Below, piece after piece: positions 49,643-59,683 of a DNA stretch of 64,000 nucleotides. The notes under the pieces were generated by a model, which was given only the letters and a program-made list of their open reading frames with translations, searched no databases and was not told the DNA's origin. The translations under genes and the position numbers were made by a program. How positions within the stretch are numbered: position 1 is the first letter of the stretch; each line of letters begins with the position of its first letter. Where the stretch lies: positions 64,001-128,000 of the IMG/VR virus record IMGVR_UViG_3300026488_000013. One strand, 5' to 3'. The stretch is from a virus.

Positions 49643-52135
49643 TTACATAAATATCTTATCAAATGCACTTTCAACATATGTATCTTTTGTTTCAGTTAAC
49701 ATATTTCTAAGTGTCCGCTTTGAAGGTTCGTATAGAAATGCCAATATAGGAGATAATCTTTCAGATGCCTTGGGTAAGGGCAACTTCACAAACTTTGACA
49801 AATCTAATTCGTGGAGCTGGACATTATTATTGTGAATAAAGTATCTTAAGGTTCTATTTATATCGTCAACATCTTGCTCCGTTTTTGATTCGTTAACTTC
49901 TGTATCATTATCCAATTCTATATCTTCTTCTTGTTCTATTTCATTTTCTTCTTTCAAGAACCATAACGCACTCAATATAGTTTCAATCATTACAGATTTA
50001 ATAAGTTCTATCCCCAATAAAGTATCTGTTATTTCATCATATGCAGTAAATATATCTTTATCTATCATTTTGGATTTTATTATTTTTTCAATATTAACAA
50101 TTTTTGTAACAATATCGTCGTTTACCAATTTACCATTTCCTTTTACTTTAAATTTTATTATTCCATTTTCACCTATCTTAACGTCTATTAATTCTATTCT
50201 ATAATCATACCCATTCTCCTCTAGGAATTTGTTTACTTCATTTATCAACTGTTGAGGGGTATATTCTTTATTATGGATTTCGATATACCCGTCATCGGTA
50301 TTAAGTTCGATTTTGTATTTTTCTAATATTTCGTTGGGTATCTTGATTATCGCACGGCCGGATGTATGGAATGTGCGTAATATAAGTTGAGTAAACCTTT
50401 CAGTTATATATTGGATTGATAACATTCCCAGCTGTTTTGATTTTATGGATTCGTATCCTCCGCATTTTTTACATACTTTAAATCCAGGAAGTTTGCAGGT
50501 TATAGGGCTTCTTAATAGTATTTCTTTACCAATTATACTTTCGTAGTTATTTTTTGTTATTAAAATCTCTCTATTTAATTCTTCATCCTTGTAATATCTT
50601 CCTATCAAGGATTTGGCATGAACTTCATTTTTTACCTTTATTTTAAAATATTTATCAGTCCCGCAATCTTCCGTATCTTCATCAAACATTATAAATGATA
50701 GATTGTATAAACCTGTCCTTTGGAGAAATCCAGAGCGTGGCGTTTGAACCATTTTGTCAATCTCTCCTTTTCTTGCACCGTGTGCAGACATAAATAATTC
50801 TTTTTTTGTTAAACCTTTATTTAATGGATGTCTTACCGGTTCGGATTGAACTATATTTTTTGCATCCGCAAGAAAACCTTTCGTATATATTGTCTGTTCA
50901 ATTTGGTCTCTGGACGCTCTGGCCCCCGATTGATATATTTTCCAAAGTTCCGTATCTTTCTTTTCCATTTCTTTAAAAACTATTTCGGAATATTTATTTA
51001 AAAGATATAACCCAAATATTGGCTCGTTCGGAATGTTGTTTAATATCTTTTCCACTTCATCTTTGTTGGGGGTTATATAATCGTCCAACGTTAATTTTGG
51101 TGCAATTTTCGAATACGAAAATTCTGATAATACTAACATTATTTCGTGAAACAAATCTAAATATCTCCTACCAAATTTTTCCAAATCTTTATCTTCATAA
51201 AGTTTTTCTTCCTTGTTTAAATATTCGATTATTACTTCGTTCACAATTCTTACCTTTTTCTTATTTATATCAGTTTCCTTTAGATAAAGCTTTTTATTAA
51301 ACACTCTATAATTCAAGTAAACCAACCCATACGGTAATGTTATATTTTGATTTTTTATTCTTACTGCATACTTTCTTACATCCTCTTTAAACAGAATAAT
51401 TGGGTTGGGTTTAAAATCCTCAATCGAATCTATTTCAATTATTTTTTCAATATATTTCGTTGTCGATAACTGATTTAGTGCATATAAATATTCATGGCGT
51501 AATTTGTGTAAAAAATCATCATTTCTGTGGTATCTCAAGAATGTGGTTGCATGAATTCTCTTATTAAATATGTCTTGTTTTGCTTCAACAGTATTTATTG
51601 CATACTGTGCCATTGTGTCCTGCACAACTATATCATTTGCTACAAATGTGAAATTCTTATCCAGTGTCATGTCATATGCTGTTCCTTTTCCAGAATATCT
51701 TATTTCAATATCAGTTATAGGTATCCGTTTTACTTTATTATTTGGTAAAACTTTGATAAAGTATAGGGATTTCTTAATTTGGAAAGGCATATTTAAAATT
51801 TCTACAGGAGATATTTTTTCAAACTCGTCCAGCTCTATATTATAAACAATCAGCGAGTGGTCTCCAGATGCTTTAAATGGTTGAAATCTATTTCGTTTAT
51901 CTTTTATTTCGTAAAGGTCTAAGTTTTCATGGACAGAGAACTCAATTATTTTTGCTCTTTCAATTTTTCCAGTTTCCATATTAAGCGATTTTGTAAACAT
52001 ATCTTTCATAGGTTTATATTTGATTACTTTGACTCCATCGTTTCTTACATATTCATCAATTTTGATAAAAAATTCTTCTAGAAATTCTTTAACACCAACC
52101 ATTTTCTTCATAATTCTATCATATCCATAAATCAA
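49643..52135 (-). CDS. rpoC: RNA polymerase beta' C-terminal half fused to an N-terminal split-intein C-fragment (likely start ATG 52111)
   Basis: After the intein: TMAQY (follows NADFDGD in RpoC), SGARAS, GLT..LFMSAHGARKG..D...TPRSGFLQR (bridge helix), EDCGT, RSPITC..VCKKC, ERFTQLILRTFHTSG (trigger loop). Confidence 0.92.
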   Translation of the reverse strand: MIYGYDRIMKKMVGVKEFLEEFFIKIDEYVRNDGVKVIKYKPMKDMFTKSLNMETGKIERAKIIEFSVHENLDLYEIKDKRNRFQPFKASGDHSLIVYNIELDEFEKISPVEILNMPFQIKKSLYFIKVLPNNKVKRIPITDIEIRYSGKGTAYDMTLDKNFTFVANDIVVQDTMAQYAINTVEAKQDIFNKRIHATTFLRYHRNDDFLHKLRHEYLYALNQLSTTKYIEKIIEIDSIEDFKPNPIILFKEDVRKYAVRIKNQNITLPYGLVYLNYRVFNKKLYLKETDINKKKVRIVNEVIIEYLNKEEKLYEDKDLEKFGRRYLDLFHEIMLVLSEFSYSKIAPKLTLDDYITPNKDEVEKILNNIPNEPIFGLYLLNKYSEIVFKEMEKKDTELWKIYQSGARASRDQIEQTIYTKGFLADAKNIVQSEPVRHPLNKGLTKKELFMSAHGARKGEIDKMVQTPRSGFLQRTGLYNLSFIMFDEDTEDCGTDKYFKIKVKNEVHAKSLIGRYYKDEELNREILITKNNYESIIGKEILLRSPITCKLPGFKVCKKCGGYESIKSKQLGMLSIQYITERFTQLILRTFHTSGRAIIKIPNEILEKYKIELNTDDGYIEIHNKEYTPQQLINEVNKFLEENGYDYRIELIDVKIGENGIIKFKVKGNGKLVNDDIVTKIVNIEKIIKSKMIDKDIFTAYDEITDTLLGIELIKSVMIETILSALWFLKEENEIEQEEDIELDNDTEVNESKTEQDVDDINRTLRYFIHNNNVQLHELDLSKFVKLPLPKASERLSPILAFLYEPSKRTLRNMLTETKDTYVESAFDKIFM
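51617..52135 (-). mobile_element. Split intein C-fragment (large, lacks block A; ends Gln-Asp, Thr at +1)
   Basis: SLNMETGKIERAKI, block B ASGDHSL, block F AYDMTLDKNFTFVAND, block G IVVQD|T; an in-frame TGA lies upstream. Confidence 0.8.
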
Positions 52136-52190
52136 GTCAAATGTGAGAAATCATAATGTTTTAAAAAATAAAACCAAAACAAGACTTTTG

Positions 52191-54218
52191 CTATTTTGCG
52201 ATTTCATTAAAAATTTGTCTTTTTGTATTCAAGATTCTACAAATCTTTTCGTCTATAGTATCTTTTGCAATCAAATAGTATATTAATACCGTATCCGATT
52301 TCTGTGATATTCTATGTATTCTATCCTCCGCCTGCTCTAAATCCTGTGGGTTCCACCACAATTCTACAAACAACGATGTATCAGCCGCAGTGAGAGTTAT
52401 TCCTTCTTTTGCGGCCTTTAAAGACAATACTATAATTTTATGCTCAGGATTATTTTGAAATTTATCTATTATTTGTTTTCTTTCTTCCGGGGGCGTATCC
52501 CCGGTTATTTTTAATGGTTTTAATCTACCAAGTTGTTTGTCACTTACTATTTCCTCATATAACCTTTTCTGAACCTCCTTATGATATGCAAAAACCACCA
52601 ATTTAGAATTAGGATATTCCGCAAAATAATTTCGTATCCAATCTATAGCATATTTAGTTTTTATTTCTCCTATTTTCATCCACAATTTATTATATAATAT
52701 CAAGAATATTTCAGGATACTTCTGTGCTATATAATCCATTGCATTCTGAACATCTGTTATATATGAGGGTAGGTATGCACTGGGTCTAATTTCTAATAGT
52801 AGATTTTTTATTTTATCAACGGAATTATAATTTTGTATCTTAAATTGCTCGTATTCTTTTTTATCTTCATCCGATAATTCAACCCAAATAGTTTTAACAA
52901 GTTTATCCGGTAATTGTTTTAATACTTGTTTTTTTGTTCTTCTAATCATTATCGTTGTTCTCAATTTCATATTTATGTCATCTAACATTCTGGAGCCTAA
53001 TATTTTCCAATAACCTCCACGCCCTTTTCGTATGAATTCCATTATCAAATATCTTTGTCTAAATTCCGTTATCGTATCAGCATAATATTTTAAAGTGTCC
53101 GTTATTTCCAGTAATGGTATTAATTCTTCAGGATTGTTTTGAATAGGCGTTCCTGTTATGAGAATTTTTTTATCTATTAATTTTGACAACTCTAATACCG
53201 ATTTTGTTCTTTTAGAGTTTCTATTCTTCAAATAATGAGCTTCATCGGCTATTAACAGATTAAATTTATGTTTCTTCAATAAATCCTTCCAGTATTGTAT
53301 TATGTCGTAATTTATTATTACGAATTTTTTGTTTTTAAATGTTTGCAACCCGTGATAAAACCCGCTCAATGCCGGGTTGGTTCCTTTAAGAATAAGTATA
53401 TCTGTTGAAGGTATTTTAAAGAATTTTTGTATTTCTCTTTTCCAGTTTTCTTTTAATATAGCGGGGGTTATTATTAAAACTGGAAATGTTTTTGTTTTAA
53501 TAGTCCATATTAAAGCTTGAAGAGTTTTTCCGACACCCATTTGGTCTGCCAATAGCACAGAATTATATTCTTTCATTTTCTTATGTATTAGTTTTACACC
53601 GACGCACTGAAATGGAAATAATTTATCTCCACTGGGGAGTATTTTTAAGGGATAACTTTCATCTTTACATTTTTTACTAGAAACTGCGGCGGATTTTTTA
53701 TATTCGTCTAGCAATTTTTCCATAACCAATTCTATCGTGTTTCTAATATCATCATCTAACCACTTTTGTTCTAAAACCAATCTGTAAGTTTTATATGTTA
53801 TTGGCAATTCAATATAACTATCTCGATAGTTATAATAATAATTTTTCCCATTGATAATATAATCCCATATACTTTTCAATTCATCTGTATATTTCAATAC
53901 TCTGGCAAGCTGGGCAGGTGTTAGATTTTTCAATCTTAAAAACATTTTTTCAGTATCAAGTTCCACATTCCTATCCATCTTCAACTCCTCTATTGATGGT
54001 AATTTAATAACACTAAAATTAAATTTGGAAATGAGAAATTTCAAATTTTCGTATTCTTTTTGTGTATAGAGATATATAAGCCACTTCTTTCCTTTTTTAC
54101 CAAAATAAGTATGACTAAACAAGTTTCTTATATTGTTATTAATTTCATCTAAATATTTATTCAACTTTATTGTGAAAATTTTATTTCCAACATACTCTAC
54201 TACACCGGTGGCACTCAT
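52191..54218 (-). CDS. SNF2-family (HARP/SMARCAL1-like) helicase/annealing ATPase
   Basis: LADQMGVGKT, DEAH, TGTPIQN, IRRTK, EGITLTAA, WNP..QAEDRIHRISQ. Confidence 0.93.
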   Translation of the reverse strand: MSATGVVEYVGNKIFTIKLNKYLDEINNNIRNLFSHTYFGKKGKKWLIYLYTQKEYENLKFLISKFNFSVIKLPSIEELKMDRNVELDTEKMFLRLKNLTPAQLARVLKYTDELKSIWDYIINGKNYYYNYRDSYIELPITYKTYRLVLEQKWLDDDIRNTIELVMEKLLDEYKKSAAVSSKKCKDESYPLKILPSGDKLFPFQCVGVKLIHKKMKEYNSVLLADQMGVGKTLQALIWTIKTKTFPVLIITPAILKENWKREIQKFFKIPSTDILILKGTNPALSGFYHGLQTFKNKKFVIINYDIIQYWKDLLKKHKFNLLIADEAHYLKNRNSKRTKSVLELSKLIDKKILITGTPIQNNPEELIPLLEITDTLKYYADTITEFRQRYLIMEFIRKGRGGYWKILGSRMLDDINMKLRTTIMIRRTKKQVLKQLPDKLVKTIWVELSDEDKKEYEQFKIQNYNSVDKIKNLLLEIRPSAYLPSYITDVQNAMDYIAQKYPEIFLILYNKLWMKIGEIKTKYAIDWIRNYFAEYPNSKLVVFAYHKEVQKRLYEEIVSDKQLGRLKPLKITGDTPPEERKQIIDKFQNNPEHKIIVLSLKAAKEGITLTAADTSLFVELWWNPQDLEQAEDRIHRISQKSDTVLIYYLIAKDTIDEKICRILNTKRQIFNEIAK

Positions 54219-54245
54219 TCCGACTTTTCCTCCTTAGAAACAGTT

Positions 54246-56963
54246 TTAAATTATTTCCAAGTCCGATATATCCATATCAACATATTCATCTTGTTTAAAC
54301 TCTTTTCTAATCAATTCTTTAATATGAGGGAATAACAAAAATTTCCTTATCGTTTTATCATAATAATTAATCAACAATTTGCCAGTTTCAGTATTGGTTA
54401 AATTATTTTGACCTGTTATATTATTTAAATTAATTTCAAATATTTCTTTCTTAATATCCCTAAAGAAAATATCTGCGGCGGATTTTATCTTAAAGTAATA
54501 ATAGACCATTGCATAAATAACTATTGGAACAAGTCTTCTTATCAACAATTCTATCAATCCGTATTCGTTAATATTTTTATCCATTGCTAATTCATTATAA
54601 AATTTCTCTGTGATTATTATTTTGGTGCCTTTTCTACCTGCTCGGCGGATTGCGATATATTCGTTATATTCCATTCCTTTAAGAACAGATTTAACTATGT
54701 TCTTAGATATTACTTTTTTATATCCAAACTTACCCCTTAATTCCGTATAAAAATCCTTTTGTTTAATATAGAATTCTACATTTCCTTTTTCAGTTAATTC
54801 TTCCATCAAATATTGGAAAATCGTGGATGTTGTTATCCAAAATTTTCTTACCATCCAAAGATGCTCTTTAGAGAAATAATAATCTATTCCCAACAACTTT
54901 CCATTTTCCTTAATTAATTTCGTTAACTCATTATTTGTTTCACCAATTATATCTTCATACGCACGTTCTAATGTTTCCTTCAAATATTCATAAGTAACCT
55001 CAACTTTATCGATTTGAATATCCGGTTCAATATCTTTCCATTCATACTTTTTCATGTCGTTTGAATACAATTCCCTAATCTCGCTATATACATCATCTTC
55101 ATTTCTTATTATTTCATACTTCGAACCTAAATATTTTAATATCGCAGTTTTAATATTAGTATCAAAATTGCTTCCTTTTTTAATTATTTCCCTGGTAACT
55201 ATCCTCATTATACCACTGCGGTCGGTCATTCCATATCTAATTTTTTTAATTTCGATAATACCGTATTCTGATAATTTTCTTATAAACCATCTTATTTCCT
55301 TGTTATCTTTCTTGTGATTCAAAATCTCCGCCGCAAGTCTATTCATAAATTCAGTTTTATTTATTTCATGTTTATCCACATCTGTTCTAAACTCTTTATC
55401 TAACTCACTCAATATAATATTAAATATTTGTTCATACGTCTTTACAAAATTGTTTATACTCCCAATAAAGCTGGATAAGTTTTTAAATATCCCAATGTTA
55501 TTATTATCAATAATAGATAAAGGGGTCGCCTTTCTCCAAGCAATTTCAATATCCCTGTCTAAGTTATTTTTATCTGGTAGATACTCTCTTATCAGTTCAT
55601 CATATATATCAAAATCCAAATCTAATGCTTTAGCAAACGCCGCAGCGGGCAACATCACATTTTTAAATCTTTCCCTATTATACATGTCGGATAATTTCGC
55701 AATATATGTTTCCAAAGATTTTTTTCTTATATCCTCGAAATTTATTTCATTATTGTATTTAACATTAACCAATTTTCCAAATTTATCTTTTATTTCCTTA
55801 TGTTCATTTAGAACTTTTATAACCGAAACAATTATTTCGTTTAAAGAGTTAAATTTTGTATTAGCCAATTTTTCACGAATATAGTTTTCTACATTAAATT
55901 CCGAAATTATTTTTTCAAGAATTAGCAATTTCGATTTATTGTAGGTTGCGAATTCGTGATTAAATTTTTTATTTTCACCATTGTAGAATGAAAATAAAAA
56001 ATTTTTTATTTTTCTTATCCTTATTTCGGCTCTTTTGGTTAAAAATTCATTATTTAATTTTAATTCCTCATTTACTATTTTATTAAATTCTTTTTTTATA
56101 TTTTTTTCTAATTTGGATTTTTTATTTTTTAATATTGAAAAGAATATATCAAACTTTCCATTATTCTTCCTTAAAATTAATAAATTAATTTTATCTCTAA
56201 AGTTGTCCAATATATTGGAATAAATTTTTATAAGGCTTAGTTTTTCACTTTTATTGAATTGATTTCTTTCAATAAAACATCCCATCATTTTTTCTCCTTT
56301 TTCATTAATCACCACGGTGCCGGGTTGCCAAATTAAATTCACAGGATTATCTGCAAAATGCATATCCAACTTTAACCCAAATGCATTAAAATAAATTTCC
56401 GAAATTTTATAAATCGAATTAACTAATTTTTTTATTTTTTTTCTATGAATATTGTTTTTAAATTTTATTCCGTTCATAAATACATATAACCTCAAATTCC
56501 CAGATTTACTTTTTTCTATCCAATAATTTTTTTCTTTCAGGTTTAATATTGATTCTGCAAAAAATTTAGTTGGGGCATATGCCTTTTCCACGGCGCTATC
56601 TATATCAAAAATTAAACAATCAAAATAATCTATTTCGTCCCATTTATTTTTTAACTTAATTTTATTTTTCCAAGTTTCAGGTTTTAACGTCTTACCCTTC
56701 AAAAATAAATATTCATATAGTTTTTTATTTATCTTCTTTCCAAAATTAAACCCATTTAAAATTCCAAACAGCTTTTTAATACCTTTGTTCCTGTTATTTC
56801 TAAAATTAATGGCTCTTAGCAAAATAGCCCAAAACAATGAATCCAATATAGATATTATATTCTTACTAATATATCCTGTAATAAATCCTGTTGTATCTTG
56901 AATCAATCTTAACATCGCCGCACCCTCCTTTTTCTTTTCTTGTTGTTTCCTCATTTTCTCCAC
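54246..56963 (-). CDS. Large putative replication/origin-binding protein (AEP primase-like N-terminus, PriCT-like helix, winged-helix-like C-terminus)
   Basis: LIFDID and EKSKSGNLRLYV resemble AEP motifs I and II (His replaced by Arg); helical ERFKNVMLPAA...IEIAW; wHTH-like segments (VKSVLKGMEYNEYIAIRRAGRKGTKI). Confidence 0.45.
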   Translation of the reverse strand: MEKMRKQQEKKKEGAAMLRLIQDTTGFITGYISKNIISILDSLFWAILLRAINFRNNRNKGIKKLFGILNGFNFGKKINKKLYEYLFLKGKTLKPETWKNKIKLKNKWDEIDYFDCLIFDIDSAVEKAYAPTKFFAESILNLKEKNYWIEKSKSGNLRLYVFMNGIKFKNNIHRKKIKKLVNSIYKISEIYFNAFGLKLDMHFADNPVNLIWQPGTVVINEKGEKMMGCFIERNQFNKSEKLSLIKIYSNILDNFRDKINLLILRKNNGKFDIFFSILKNKKSKLEKNIKKEFNKIVNEELKLNNEFLTKRAEIRIRKIKNFLFSFYNGENKKFNHEFATYNKSKLLILEKIISEFNVENYIREKLANTKFNSLNEIIVSVIKVLNEHKEIKDKFGKLVNVKYNNEINFEDIRKKSLETYIAKLSDMYNRERFKNVMLPAAAFAKALDLDFDIYDELIREYLPDKNNLDRDIEIAWRKATPLSIIDNNNIGIFKNLSSFIGSINNFVKTYEQIFNIILSELDKEFRTDVDKHEINKTEFMNRLAAEILNHKKDNKEIRWFIRKLSEYGIIEIKKIRYGMTDRSGIMRIVTREIIKKGSNFDTNIKTAILKYLGSKYEIIRNEDDVYSEIRELYSNDMKKYEWKDIEPDIQIDKVEVTYEYLKETLERAYEDIIGETNNELTKLIKENGKLLGIDYYFSKEHLWMVRKFWITTSTIFQYLMEELTEKGNVEFYIKQKDFYTELRGKFGYKKVISKNIVKSVLKGMEYNEYIAIRRAGRKGTKIIITEKFYNELAMDKNINEYGLIELLIRRLVPIVIYAMVYYYFKIKSAADIFFRDIKKEIFEINLNNITGQNNLTNTETGKLLINYYDKTIRKFLLFPHIKELIRKEFKQDEYVDMDISDLEII

Positions 56964-57446
56964 CTCCTTTATTTTTTTCTTTTAAAAATTTCTTGACATC
57001 AAACATCATCTACCAAATCAATTATTTCCAAATTTTAAAACAAACAGCAATAATGGAATTCAATCCTCGTCCAACGGTGCTTTAATCACAATAATCAAAT
57101 ATATCCATATTGGTTTTTTATTCTCTCTTATTTAAGTGTAAGATTTTTTTCTTTCTTAGAAATAAATCAATTTTTGTTTATCTGCAAGTTTTCCAAATTA
57201 TTCTGTTTCTACATTTGGGTTATTAATATCTTATTTAATTTCCTTTCATTTAAATGTTTTTATTTTTTCTTAAATATTTTAGTATTTAATTTATTAAAAA
57301 ATTTCTATTTTTGTTTTAAGGCCTAAACTTGTAATTTCATCTTTTATTTATTAAATCCTCTTTTTAAAAATTTTGAAACAAAGCCTTATAATAATTTTAG
57401 TTCTGTTTTTTATTTTTTAAAGAAAAAAAAGTGAAATATATTTTTC

Positions 57447-57565
57447 CACATAATTCTTAAATAACTGTCCTTTCAAGAATTGATTTGTTCCATAAATGTG
57501 TATCATATATAATAAGTATTTCTTTTATTTATATCTTTATCCAATAGATGTATAATTTTATTTGT
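57447..57565. repeat. 119-bp dispersed intergenic element, copy 4
   Basis: Ungapped match to the other copies; lies in a 1.1-kb non-coding region. Confidence 0.95.
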
Positions 57566-57768
57566 TTCTATTGCAAATTCAATTTTTAACTCAATTCTCT
57601 ACTTTGTTTTTAAGGAATCAATATTGCATCTCTCCCTAAATAATTCTTCTTTCAGGAACTTATTTAAATCACAAATGCATTTCATATTCCAAAACGCTAA
57701 ACAACTTAGTCCAATTAAATAAAATATTTCTATTAATAATAAAATGTTGTTCTCTTCATTATATAGTA

Positions 57769-57818
57769 GTCTCTTCTTTTATAGTAATTGTATCCAATGG
57801 ATGTATAATTTTGTTTGT
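57769..57818. repeat. Satellite module B (a more degenerate copy follows at ~57947-58003)
   Basis: GTCTCTTCTTTTATAGTAATTGTATCCAATGGATGTATAATTTTGTTTGT. Confidence 0.8.
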
Positions 57819-58052
57819 TTTATATGTTAACTCTCATTTGTCTAAGAAATTGCTCAGCAAAATATTATTTAAATTTGTTCAGTAAACTAATAGATTAATT
57901 GCAACGAAATGTTATGGTAAATAGGAATACTGTATATTGGTAGATTATATCTCTCTCTTTTTTATAATTATTATAACCCAGATGATATATAATAGTATTT
58001 TGTTTAAATGTAAATTGTATTTTCTTTCAAAATATATGGGTAATGGTAATTT

Positions 58053-58460
58053 ATGAGTTTGGAAGACATTGAGATAGCAAAGAAAATCTGGGAAACTAAA
58101 AAAATAAAAGAAAATAAAGTAATAGTTGATAAAAATGGAGAGAAATATGAAATTAGAGTAGTTTTGATAGATAAAAACAATGATGGTTTATGGAAATTTG
58201 CTATAGAATGGAGAAGAATAGATAAAAAACCACAGTGGATAGATGAATGGAGTTATTTCAAAATATTGGAAATAGGCCCGAACAGCTATATAGTATCAGA
58301 ATCAAACATATACGATGATTGCTCAATGCCATATAAAAATGATTTAGAAAAATATTTATCAGAAGCAGATAAAAAACAACTAGAAAAATTATTAGAAGAC
58401 AAAAAAGAACTGGAAGAAATGTTTGACACCGTATGGAGAGAAATAACAGCAATATCTTAA
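58053..58460 (+). CDS. Hypothetical protein (135 aa)
   Basis: First gene to the right of the repeat region; purine-rich coding bias. Confidence 0.6.
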   Translation: MSLEDIEIAKKIWETKKIKENKVIVDKNGEKYEIRVVLIDKNNDGLWKFAIEWRRIDKKPQWIDEWSYFKILEIGPNSYIVSESNIYDDCSMPYKNDLEKYLSEADKKQLEKLLEDKKELEEMFDTVWREITAIS

Positions 58461-58549
58461 TTTCGCTTTTTTCATTTTTTTTTTGTTCCACATGTGTAGA
58501 GTTTTCAGAAAAGGAATGTTTTAATAATTTCCTCCTGTGGAGGGCAGCA

Positions 58550-59683
58550 ATGAACAGAATTAAGAAAAGATTATTTAATCCAGTGGGCAATGATTTTGCA
58601 GATAATCAATCCCCGATATATTTTGGAACTAGTCCCTTAGTAAATGAACCTACCGGGCTTTTTACAATATTTGAACCTCGTGATAGAGATATATACGAAT
58701 TTGTTACGTTACAAAAACAAAGATTTTGGCGAGCGGATGATTACCCAATAGATGCTATTAAAGAAGGGTTTACCCAATTAGACGAAAATAATAAAAAAAT
58801 TTTCGAATACACTCTATCTTTCTTAAGCTTCTTGGATAGTGTTCAAGTAGCAAATATATCAGACTTAAATGTAGTATATAACATGCCCGAGTATAGGTTA
58901 TGGGGAACTGTTCATCAATACTTTGAACATGAACATAGTATTGCTTATTCTAATATATTGGTTGGATTATTTAATAATAATACTGACGAAATTAAGCGAA
59001 TTTTTTATCTAGCTAAAGACCATCCGACACTCAAGAAAAGGAATGAATTGATAGCTAATAATTACCAGAAGTTGTTTGATATTTTCTGGGAAGGTATTAA
59101 GAATGTTTCGGTAGATGATTATGCACGTGCTTTAACGTATGTCTTAGCCGGCACGTATGCAATGGAAGCAATTACGTTTTATATGGGCTTTAAAATAATA
59201 GAATTTTACCAGTTCAAATATGGAATACTTCCCATGACCAACAAGATGATTTCTGAGATAAAAGCGGACGAACTCTTCCATGTTAAGGTCATGGCAACAA
59301 TAATTAATAGAGTTAAACCTTTTATACTCGAACATATCTCTAATGAGGAATTCGACGAAATAGTTAGAAATACATTGAAAGCATACTATGAATCTGATTT
59401 AGAGTTTTATAGAGATATTTTGCAGAGAAATGAATTTGGGATAACAGATAAACAGATTTTTGATTACATAACTTTCTTGACTAATAGGCGTGCTGCCCTG
59501 ATAGGTTTAAAAGACATAGGTCTCCCGAATGTAGATAACCCGTTCAAAGAAATAGACAATTTATTTGGATATTTAGAATCTCATGATAATTCTAATAGAA
59601 AAGATTCTTTCTTTGAATCATCAAGTGCTGCATACATCGCCCAGAAAATAGATGATTCAGCGTTGGACGATTTTGACTTTTGA
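58550..59683 (+). CDS. nrdB: Ribonucleotide reductase class I beta subunit
   Basis: RFW, FLDSVQ, EHEHSIAY (radical Tyr), MEAITFY, DELFH, DSFFE..AY; GGAGG RBS at 58539 supports ATG 58550. Confidence 0.92.
   Translation: MNRIKKRLFNPVGNDFADNQSPIYFGTSPLVNEPTGLFTIFEPRDRDIYEFVTLQKQRFWRADDYPIDAIKEGFTQLDENNKKIFEYTLSFLSFLDSVQVANISDLNVVYNMPEYRLWGTVHQYFEHEHSIAYSNILVGLFNNNTDEIKRIFYLAKDHPTLKKRNELIANNYQKLFDIFWEGIKNVSVDDYARALTYVLAGTYAMEAITFYMGFKIIEFYQFKYGILPMTNKMISEIKADELFHVKVMATIINRVKPFILEHISNEEFDEIVRNTLKAYYESDLEFYRDILQRNEFGITDKQIFDYITFLTNRRAALIGLKDIGLPNVDNPFKEIDNLFGYLESHDNSNRKDSFFESSSAAYIAQKIDDSALDDFDF

Noticed and set aside
52136-52190. Frameshift or readthrough supplying the missing intein block A and beta' N-half
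   Set aside because: Only 55 bp separate the ORF from the SNF2 stop, there is an in-frame TGA, and no DFDGD or block A is visible.
57447-58003. CRISPR array, suggested by the repeats and the Cas4-like gene
   Set aside because: Units are 50-119 bp, degenerate and 200+ bp apart; there is no regular repeat-spacer periodicity.
58433-58549. N-terminal extension of nrdB given in the ORF track
   Set aside because: It overlaps the upstream gene and is T-rich spacer sequence; the GGAGG supports ATG 58550.
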